NCBI GenBank assembly: GCA_018402015.1 | Contig: JAGYJL010000006.1 | Location: forward strand, 5,889-69,888 | Source of the DNA: Flavobacteriales bacterium | GTDB lineage: Bacteria > Bacteroidota > Bacteroidia > UBA10329 | DNA length: 64,000 nucleotides | Reading direction: 5' to 3' | Shown: positions 54,929 through 64,000 of the stretch, one piece after another | Layout: each line of letters opens with the position of its first letter | How positions within the stretch are numbered: position 1 is the first letter of the stretch | Position numbers and translations under genes: made by a program | The notes under the pieces: model-generated | The model's input: only the letters and a program-made list of their open reading frames with translations | What the model was told of the DNA's origin: nothing | Databases searched by the model: none

Positions 54929-56815
54929 TTACTTCTTCTTTGGCGGTTGGTAGCCACGTTCTTTGGCCATGTCTTCCAAACGTTTTTGAAAACCCGATTT
55001 CTTCTGTGGCTTTTTCTTGTTCTCCTGCAGCTTGGCATGGATAGCATCGTCATCCACCAATTTTTGGAAAGCGAAGTTCTGAGCAAACGTTACCACGTTG
55101 GCCAAGAAATAGTAGTAACTAAGACCAGAAGCATAGTTGTTGAACCAACCTAACATCATTACCGGCATGAGGTACATCATCCATTTCATCTGCTCCATTT
55201 GTGGAGAGCCAGCCTGCATACTCATGTTCAATCGGGTGTAGAACACGGTAGAAATGGTCATCAGTAAGGTGAAAAGACTGACGTGATCACCATAAAACGG
55301 AATTTCAAACGGAAGATCCAGAATGCTATCGTAACTACTTAGATCGTCTGCCCAAAGGAAAGCCTCTTGACGTAATTCGATTGAAGCAGGGAAGAAGTGG
55401 AACAATGCAATCAAGATCGGCATTTGAAACAGCATAGGAAGACATCCTCCCAGCGGGTTAACACCTGCTTTGCTATACAATGCCATGGTGGCCTGTTGTT
55501 TGGCCATTGGGTCATCTTTTCCTTCAAACTTCTTATTGATCTCATCGATCTCAGGTTTTAAAACCCGCATTTTAGCAGTGCTCATATATGCCTTGTAGGT
55601 AAAAGGCATGAGACCCATTTTTATGAGAAGCGTAAGGATAAGAATGATGATTCCGTAGCCGAGACCAGTGTCTTTAAGTAGGTTGAACACCGGAATAACC
55701 ATGAACTTATTCACCCAGCCAAAAATGCCCCAACCCAACGGAATCATTTCTTCAAGACCAAGGTCGAACGACTTAAGCGTGCTATAGTGATTAGGACCGT
55801 AGTAGAACTGTAGCTCTACCTTCTCCACATCGCGATGACCGTAAGGAATCGTCAATTTTGCCTCACAGGTTTTTACAATAGAATCTGAGGTCTCATCATG
55901 TATGGTTTTCAGATCGGTTGAAGCTTCCCAGCCATCTTTTGCAATAAGTACTGTGCTGAAGAACTGCTGTTTGAAAGCAACCCATTGTAGGTCGGTGGTA
56001 ATCTCTTCTTCCTCATCGCTGCGTTCAGAGATATTGTCTACCTCATCATCGCTAAAACGATAGTAGATGGTAGAATTGTCTCGCTCGTTCTGCAGACTCT
56101 TTTCCTGATGCGGTAGGTCGTTCTTCCAATGCAGATCTAGTCGAGTAGTGTTGCGCTCGATCACATTGCCCATTCCAACAAGATTAATGTCGAAATCGAC
56201 CATGTAGGAATTGCCCGATAGTGTATACACGTACTCCAAATATTGGCCAGCTCCGGCAGATAGCCTCATGGTCAGACTTTTTTGCGCATCGCCTGTTACC
56301 GAAAACCCTGTTTGCATCGGTTCGAAATACAGGTCCTGGGTAGATACCGGTCTGTTCTTCGTGTAGAAATCCAACGAGAATCTGTTCTGGTCTCCTCTGA
56401 AAAGCTCCAGCGGCAACGAATCGGATGTTTGATACTCCTTCAATCTTACCGATAATGGGTGGCCACCTTTCTTGGATATGTTAATGGCCAATAGGTCATT
56501 TTCGATGGTTACAATGCCATCTTCGCCAACGGCTGCAGCACCGAAATCACCGTATTGTTCTTTCAATTGCGCAACGGCCAGCGAGTCGTTAGCGTTAACC
56601 GCAATGCTGCTTGAATCCACTTGGTTGGTATGTGTTGCCACCGCTTCATCAATGGCTGCTTTATCAAGTTCCTGCAGTTGTGCTTCTACTGTGGCAATCG
56701 AATCTTGAATACGTAGGGCTTCCGCACGCTCCTCTTCAGAGGGCATGTTCATGTAGTTGAACCCGATAAAAATGAGTAGGATGAGCGTTAGCCCGATCGC
56801 TGAATTCTTGTCCAT
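54929..56815 (-). CDS. yidC: membrane protein insertase YidC
   Basis: This 628-aa protein has an N-terminal TM helix and a large periplasmic domain. The C-terminal 60-kDa-IMP core is GYGIIILILTLLIK...LGGCLPMLFQMPILIALF. Confidence 0.9.
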   Translation of the reverse strand: MDKNSAIGLTLILLIFIGFNYMNMPSEEERAEALRIQDSIATVEAQLQELDKAAIDEAVATHTNQVDSSSIAVNANDSLAVAQLKEQYGDFGAAAVGEDGIVTIENDLLAINISKKGGHPLSVRLKEYQTSDSLPLELFRGDQNRFSLDFYTKNRPVSTQDLYFEPMQTGFSVTGDAQKSLTMRLSAGAGQYLEYVYTLSGNSYMVDFDINLVGMGNVIERNTTRLDLHWKNDLPHQEKSLQNERDNSTIYYRFSDDEVDNISERSDEEEEITTDLQWVAFKQQFFSTVLIAKDGWEASTDLKTIHDETSDSIVKTCEAKLTIPYGHRDVEKVELQFYYGPNHYSTLKSFDLGLEEMIPLGWGIFGWVNKFMVIPVFNLLKDTGLGYGIIILILTLLIKMGLMPFTYKAYMSTAKMRVLKPEIDEINKKFEGKDDPMAKQQATMALYSKAGVNPLGGCLPMLFQMPILIALFHFFPASIELRQEAFLWADDLSSYDSILDLPFEIPFYGDHVSLFTLLMTISTVFYTRLNMSMQAGSPQMEQMKWMMYLMPVMMLGWFNNYASGLSYYYFLANVVTFAQNFAFQKLVDDDAIHAKLQENKKKPQKKSGFQKRLEDMAKERGYQPPKKK

Positions 56816-56836
56816 TCCGACTTTTTAATTGGGCTG

Positions 56837-56844
56837 CAAAGATA
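56837..56844 (-). promoter_or_regulatory. -7 box TATCTTTG upstream of yidC
   Basis: The minus strand reads TATCTTTG, 21 nt upstream of ATG 56815. Confidence 0.3.
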
Positions 56845-56875
56845 GAAACCTCGCCCGCTTACGGGAATGCGGTTT

Positions 56876-58582
<1,707 letters not shown>

Positions 58583-58619
58583 TCATATGGCTCAAATAGA
58601 TTCTTAGTTTTAGCCTGCC

Positions 58620-59441
58620 ATGAACCACCAACAATTATTTGAACGCATCAAGAAAAAGCGCAGTTTCCTTTGCGTTGGACTTGATACCGATCTGTCCAAG
58701 ATCCCACCTCATCTGCTCGCTTATCAAGACCCGATATTTGAGTTCAATAAGCGCATAATTGATGCAACGCACGACCTTTGTGTGGCCTACAAACCCAACA
58801 TGGCATTCTATGAAAGCCGTTCTTTCGAAGGTTGGTTGTCGTTGGAGAAAACAGCTCAGCATCTTCCGGATGATGTTTTGAAATTGGCAGATGCCAAACG
58901 TGGCGATATTGGCAACACGTCCAGAATGTACGCCATGGGCTTCTTTGATAAAATGGGGTTCGATGCTATCACACTATCGCCCTACATGGGTTCAGATAGT
59001 GTACTCCCATATCTTCAGTTTGAGAACAAATGGGTAGTGCTGTTGGCACTGACATCCAACGAGGGCGCAGCCGACCTACAATACCTGAAAACGGAGAACG
59101 GACTTCTTTTCGAAGAGGTGTTGAAGGTTGCCAAAACCTGGGGCACCATAGATAATACCATGTTTGTTGTTGGCGCAACCAAGGCCAGTATGCTCAAGAA
59201 AGTTAGAAAGATCGTTCCAGAGCATTTCCTTTTGGTGCCTGGTGTTGGCGCACAGGGCGGAAGCCTTACCGAAGTGGCAAAAAATGGCCTCACGGATAAA
59301 TGTGGTCTTTTGGTCAACGCATCACGTAGTATCATTTACGCCAGCAAAGGCGAAGATTTTGCAGAGGCCGCAAGGGCCGAAGCACTGCTCATGCAGCAGC
59401 AAATGGAAGTGATATTAGGCGAAGCAGGTCTGCTTGGCTGA
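58620..59441 (+). CDS. pyrF: orotidine-5'-phosphate decarboxylase (long, type 2)
   Basis: This 273-aa protein has the motifs [21 protein letters not shown] and PGVGAQGG. Confidence 0.88.
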   Translation: MNHQQLFERIKKKRSFLCVGLDTDLSKIPPHLLAYQDPIFEFNKRIIDATHDLCVAYKPNMAFYESRSFEGWLSLEKTAQHLPDDVLKLADAKRGDIGNTSRMYAMGFFDKMGFDAITLSPYMGSDSVLPYLQFENKWVVLLALTSNEGAADLQYLKTENGLLFEEVLKVAKTWGTIDNTMFVVGATKASMLKKVRKIVPEHFLLVPGVGAQGGSLTEVAKNGLTDKCGLLVNASRSIIYASKGEDFAEAARAEALLMQQQMEVILGEAGLLG

Positions 59442-59469
59442 AAAATCAAAATTTCTGCATCTTTAGTTC

Positions 59470-60741
59470 ATGTCTTTTATCAAGGAAGAACTGTTGCACC
59501 ATATCTGGCAGCATCGGCTGTTCAGTCATAATGGTATGGTTACCACAGATCAACAACCCGTAGAAGTTCTGAAGCCCGGTGTGCTGAATACCGATTCGGG
59601 TCCAGATTTTAAGAATGCACGTTTGAAGATAAACGGTACCGAATGGGCCGGCAATGTTGAGATACACATCCGCAGTTCCGATTGGTTGAAACACCAACAT
59701 CAACACGATGGAGCATATGGCAACATTATTCTGCATGTGGTTTTTGAAAACGACCTGCAAAAACCACTGGGTGCGTTTCCTACGCTGGAGTTGAAGCATT
59801 TTGTCTCCGATCAGTTGTTGAGGAAATACCAGAACCTCCGTTCCTCTCCAGAGGAAATTCCTTGTGGCAAGCAGTTATTGGATGTGCCAGAACTGGTGCG
59901 AAATGCGTGGTTCGATTCGCTCTTGGTGGGAAGACTACAACGGAAATCTACTTGGATGCATACCCTTGTTGATACCAGCGATGGTGATCTGGAACAGGCT
60001 TTCATGTGCGTGGTTTTCAGTGCCTTTGGCATGAAGGTGAATGCGGAACCATTTGAACAACTTGCAAAAAGCACATCTTGGAAAACACTGGTCAAACATC
60101 AGGACAACCTGTTTCAGTTGGAAGCCATCCTTTTCGGTAATGCAGGATTATTGGAGGCACCAAAGGATGAATATCAGCGCCAGCTTAAAAAGGAATACGA
60201 TTTCTTGCAGCATAAGTACAGTATACAGCCTCTGAAAAAAGAACAATGGAAGTTTCTGCGCCTGCGGCCCGCCAATTTCCCAACTGTTCGAATTGCGCAA
60301 TTGGCTGCGCTTTTTCATCGTACCGGAGCATTTTTCCGTTGGTTTTCTGGCCAAACCGATACGGTGCAAATGCAGGATCTGGCCGTTTCAACTTCAGCAT
60401 ACTGGGTAACGCACTACAATTTCGGGAAAGAATCTGCTGCAAAACCCAAGCAGATCGGTGCAACCATGGCTCGTAACATCATCATTAATGCGGTTGCTCC
60501 ATTCTTATTTGTGTCGGCAGTACGTAACGGAAAACCAGCGTTGCAAGAAACAGCATTCTTGCTGCTGCAACGGCTTGCATCGGAAAAGAACGTGAAGGTA
60601 AATGCCTTTGAGCAACACGGTCTGAAAGTTCAGAATGCAGCGGAATCTCAGGCACTGATTGAACTTAGAACCAACTATTGCGACCACAAAAAATGTTTAA
60701 TTTGCAGCATTGGCGCCAATATTCTGAAACGAGATCAATGA
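59470..60741 (+). CDS. DUF2851 family protein
   Basis: It contains EELLHHIWQHRLF...LNTDSGPDFKNARLKINGTEWAGNVEIHIRSSDWLKHQH and a C-terminal CDHKKCLICSIG. Confidence 0.75.
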   Translation: MSFIKEELLHHIWQHRLFSHNGMVTTDQQPVEVLKPGVLNTDSGPDFKNARLKINGTEWAGNVEIHIRSSDWLKHQHQHDGAYGNIILHVVFENDLQKPLGAFPTLELKHFVSDQLLRKYQNLRSSPEEIPCGKQLLDVPELVRNAWFDSLLVGRLQRKSTWMHTLVDTSDGDLEQAFMCVVFSAFGMKVNAEPFEQLAKSTSWKTLVKHQDNLFQLEAILFGNAGLLEAPKDEYQRQLKKEYDFLQHKYSIQPLKKEQWKFLRLRPANFPTVRIAQLAALFHRTGAFFRWFSGQTDTVQMQDLAVSTSAYWVTHYNFGKESAAKPKQIGATMARNIIINAVAPFLFVSAVRNGKPALQETAFLLLQRLASEKNVKVNAFEQHGLKVQNAAESQALIELRTNYCDHKKCLICSIGANILKRDQ

Positions 60742-60983
60742 GTTCCGAGGACAAAGACAGGTTTGTATCGTTGTTCGAATTCCAAATTTTTGGAGTTTGT
60801 TCTTGGCTAGGCGAAAAACTCGGCATTAAGGCCACAAGCATTCGCATGTATTTCATTTACCTCTCGTTCTTCACATTCGGTTCGCCCATTATTGTTTACC
60901 TGGTAAGTTCGTTCATTCTTGAGCACAAGCCCTATTTCAAACCACAGATTCAGCCTAAACGCAAAAGTGTTTGGGATCTATGA
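60738..60983 (+). CDS. PspC domain-containing small membrane protein
   Basis: It contains GVCSWLGEKLGIKATSIRMYFIYLSF. There is an ATGA overlap with the DUF2851 stop. Confidence 0.7.
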   Translation: MSSEDKDRFVSLFEFQIFGVCSWLGEKLGIKATSIRMYFIYLSFFTFGSPIIVYLVSSFILEHKPYFKPQIQPKRKSVWDL

Positions 60984-60998
60984 TGTTACTTTGAGGCC

Positions 60999-62009
60999 GT
61001 GAGAAAACGCGGACAGACCATTTACCTCCCGTTTATTATCATCAGTTTACTACTGATGGTAGGCGTGCTGGGCTTCATGTTCATAGAACGCTACGATTTT
61101 TTCGAGGCCGTTTACATGACCGTTATTACCGTAACCACCGTTGGTTTCAATGAGGTGAAGCCACTTAGCTTCCATGGTCGCATTTTTACCGTTTTTCTCA
61201 TTCTGAGCAGTTTCGGTACATTCGCGTACACCATCACAGAGGTCACCAAATACGTGGTCGATGGCGAGTTCAGAAGGTTACTCTTACACATACGAGTGGA
61301 TAGATCTATAGGCAAGTTGAAGAATCACACCATACTTTGCGGCTACGGCCGTAATGGAAAGCAGGCGTACCAGACCCTAACGGAAAATGGTGTGCCGTGC
61401 GTAGTAGTAGAGAAGGATAAGGAGATCATCTCCGAACTGATGGAGAACGATAAGATCCTTTATGTGGAAGGAGACGCTACACACGATGAAGTGCTTATAC
61501 GGGCAGGAATCAAAGATGCTCGGGCTTTGATATCGGCCTTGCCTAATGATGCCGATAACCTTTTCGTTGTTCTCACAGCAAGGGTCAACAACCCGAACCT
61601 GAAGATCATAAGTAGGGCATCCGAAGATAATTCCGATACCAAACTGCGGCATGCAGGAGTTGATAACGTCATAATGCCAGATAGAGTAGGAGGTGCGCAC
61701 ATGGCGCAATTGGTGGTTAAGCCAGATGTGGTAGAATTCATCGATATGCTCACGGGGCAATCAAGTGTTCATACACATATAGAGGAAATATCCTGCAAGG
61801 CGCTGCCCCAATCGTATTTCGGAATGACCATCATGGACTTGAATGTCCGAAAAAAGTGGGGCGCCAATATTATCGGCTTTAAGACAGAAGGTGGAGAGTA
61901 CGTTTTCAACCCGTCTCCAGATACCCAGATACAGAAAGGGTCGAAACTCTTCGTGCTTGGTACATCTACCGAGATCTCCAATATGAAAAACGATATTACC
62001 AGAGCATAG
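60999..62009 (+). CDS. potassium channel protein with RCK (TrkA-N/TrkA-C) domains
   Basis: It has two TM helices and the selectivity filter TVTTVGFNE. These are followed by the Rossmann motif ILCGYGRNG and a TrkA-C-like C-terminus. The start is GTG. Confidence 0.8.
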   Translation: MRKRGQTIYLPFIIISLLLMVGVLGFMFIERYDFFEAVYMTVITVTTVGFNEVKPLSFHGRIFTVFLILSSFGTFAYTITEVTKYVVDGEFRRLLLHIRVDRSIGKLKNHTILCGYGRNGKQAYQTLTENGVPCVVVEKDKEIISELMENDKILYVEGDATHDEVLIRAGIKDARALISALPNDADNLFVVLTARVNNPNLKIISRASEDNSDTKLRHAGVDNVIMPDRVGGAHMAQLVVKPDVVEFIDMLTGQSSVHTHIEEISCKALPQSYFGMTIMDLNVRKKWGANIIGFKTEGGEYVFNPSPDTQIQKGSKLFVLGTSTEISNMKNDITRA

Positions 62010-62920
62010 TGAAAAAAATCCTCGTCACAGGCTCTAACGGACTGCTGGGTCAGAAACTGGTTTACAAACTCAAAGCGCGCCCAGATGTGGAGTTGGTAGC
62101 AACAGCACGTGGCGCAAATCGATTGCTCGACCAGACCGGTTATACATTCTATCAACTCGATATTGAAAATCGGGAGAATGTGGATGAAGTGATTGACGCG
62201 GTAAAACCCGACCACATCATTCACACAGCGGCAATGACACAGGTAGACGATTGCGAGTTGGATCATGCCGCATGCGACAGAGCCAATGTTGATGCCGTTC
62301 AATATATGGTCAATGCAGCCGAGCGGAACAACTGTCATTTCGTGCATATCTCCACCGATTTCATTTTCAATGGAGAAGAAGGACCTTATGATGAAGAAGG
62401 CGTTGCCGACCCGCTAAGCTATTACGGAAATGCCAAGTGGAAAGGAGAACTCATTGTTCAGCAAAGCAAACTGAAATGGGCCATTCTTAGAACCGTACTG
62501 GTTTATGGCATAGTGGATAATATGAGCCGTTCCAATATTGTACTGTGGGCAAAAGGCGCGCTTGAAAAAGGAGAACCCATCAATGTGGTGGACGATCAAT
62601 TCCGTTCTCCAACGCTGGCAGAAGACCTTGCCGATGGCTGCATTCTGGCGGTAGATAAACAGGCAACAGGCATCTATAACATCTCTGGGAAAGATCAATT
62701 ATCCATTATCGATCTTGTTCGCACGGTTGCCGACTACTATGGCTTGGATAAAAGCCTCATCAACCCCGTTTCGTCCAAAACCTTGAATCAGCCTGCCAAA
62801 CGTCCGCCCGTTACAGGCTTCATACTCGATAAGGCCAGACGCGAACTTGGCTACAACCCACACAGCTTTACAGAAGGCATTGCACTAATGGAAAAGCAAT
62901 TGGCCGAAATGAAACAGTAA
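62009..62920 (+). CDS. SDR-family NAD(P)-dependent reductase, RmlD (dTDP-4-dehydrorhamnose reductase)-like
   Basis: It has VTGSNGLLG, a YGNAKW catalytic Y-x3-K, and the motif DQFRSPT typical of RmlD-type proteins. The start is GTG 62009. Confidence 0.7.
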   Translation: MKKILVTGSNGLLGQKLVYKLKARPDVELVATARGANRLLDQTGYTFYQLDIENRENVDEVIDAVKPDHIIHTAAMTQVDDCELDHAACDRANVDAVQYMVNAAERNNCHFVHISTDFIFNGEEGPYDEEGVADPLSYYGNAKWKGELIVQQSKLKWAILRTVLVYGIVDNMSRSNIVLWAKGALEKGEPINVVDDQFRSPTLAEDLADGCILAVDKQATGIYNISGKDQLSIIDLVRTVADYYGLDKSLINPVSSKTLNQPAKRPPVTGFILDKARRELGYNPHSFTEGIALMEKQLAEMKQ

Positions 62921-62954
62921 GCAGTACTTCCCCGCCCCATCCCGATCAAACCTT

Positions 62955-62962
62955 TACATTTG
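62955..62962 (+). promoter_or_regulatory. -7 box TACATTTG upstream of the alanine/glycine:cation symporter gene
   Basis: TACATTTG lies 40 nt upstream of ATG 63003. Confidence 0.3.
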
Positions 62963-63002
62963 TTTTTCACCATCATTTCACAGAAACTTAACACACATCA
63001 TT

Positions 63003-64000
63003 CATGAAGAAGCTTCTAGCACTGTTCGTAGCAACCATAACTCCCATGTTCATTTTCGCGCAAGACACCATGGGGCTCGATCAAAAAATAGATCACTACT
63101 TCGGAAAAGCTACAGGCTGGTTTGTCGAGATCATCTTCTATCAGATCCCTTTTACAGACGAGATCAAAGTATTCTGGGTGCTGTTTCCATTGATTCTCGG
63201 AGCACTTTATTTCACCATCATTTTCAAATTCCCCGGGCTCAGATTATTCGGTGTTGCTGTAAACACCGTTCGGGGTAAGTACGAACATGTGGAAGAGCTC
63301 AGATCCGACCTCAATATTGTAGATGGAGACGAACCCGATACCATAAGAATTGAAGGAGCAGATGGAGAAGTGAATCACTTTCAGGCCCTCACCGCAGCAT
63401 TATCGGCAACGGTCGGCCTCGGAAACATTGCAGGTGTGGCCGTGGCCGTAGCCATCGGAGGTCCAGGAGCTACCTTCTGGATGATCCTTGCCGGATTGCT
63501 CGGCATGTCATCCAAGTTTGTAGAATGTACCTTGGGTGTGCGCTTCCGCGAAGTAGATGCAACCGGCCGAGTGTACGGTGGTCCAATGTACTACCTCTCC
63601 AAAGGCCTTTCCGCCAAGAACATGGCAGGTCTGGGCAAAGCCTTGGCCGTCATTTTTGCCATCATGTGCGTAGGAGGCTCATTTGGTGGAGGTAACATGT
63701 TCCAAGCCAATCAGGCAGCAGAGATCTTCCTTTCATCTGCCGGAATCTCATCGCCATATGGCGGAACCGTATTCGGAATCATCCTCTCCATCTTGGTCGG
63801 TATTGTTATCCTAGGTGGAATTCAGCGCATCGCCAAGGTCACAGAAAAGATCGTACCCTTCATGGCCGTGATCTATGTAGGGGCCGCACTCATCATCATA
63901 TTCATGAATGCCCAGCACATACCAGCGGCCTTCAGCGCCATTTTCAGTGGCGCATTCACAGGGGTCGGTATTGCAGGCGGAGCTATCGGAGTGCTCATAC
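63003..64000 (+). CDS. alanine/glycine:cation symporter (AGCS) family transporter, 3' end outside the window
   Basis: An open frame starts at ATG 63003: MKKLLALFVATITP...TVRGKYEH...HFQALTAALSATVGLGNIAGVAVAVAIGGPGATFWM...GGPMYYL, the AGCS signature. It is absent from the track because there is no stop in the window. Confidence 0.8.

Overview
This is a chromosomal window from a Bacteroidota (Flavobacteriia-like) genome. The assignment rests on the gliding/T9SS genes (gldJ, a porP/sprF-like gene, porU, porV), TAnnTTTG-type -7 promoter boxes and typical Bacteroidota intergenic palindromes. I can support about 60 protein genes and one tRNA-Val(TAC). I found no rRNA, CRISPR array, transposase, integrase or prophage. 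Positions 11-64 kb are mostly housekeeping: a sulfur-relay trio, folC, exbB-exbD-tonB, an orphan C5 DNA methyltransferase, nhaD, an amino-acid dehydrogenase, anmK, an acyl-CoA dehydrogenase, murF, the T9SS cluster, ispF, cdd, pdhA plus E2, recG, tsaC, pheT, hutU, purB, mqnA, yidC, pyrG and pyrF. The most interesting signal is in the first ~11 kb. Six transcription units each carry the same strictly spaced tripartite cis-element upstream: TGTGTGAATGATGTAAC-N16-GTAAC-N22-ACCTTTG. These units are ytxH-holin-like-hyp-AI-2E-DUF2141; an OM beta-barrel; a decayed GH130 plus a GT4 fusion; a tandem CHRD-like lipoprotein; csbD plus a lipoprotein; and a 38-aa Lys-rich ORF plus a cupin. The only regulator in the island is a small AraC-family gene that sits between two of the copies. 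This looks like a compact, apparently undescribed stress-type regulon. Other notable points are frameshifts in ytxH, ispF and (multiple) the GH130 gene, an uncharacterised kinase-fold-like protein coupled to a small OM barrel downstream of hutU, and two families of intergenic palindromic elements.
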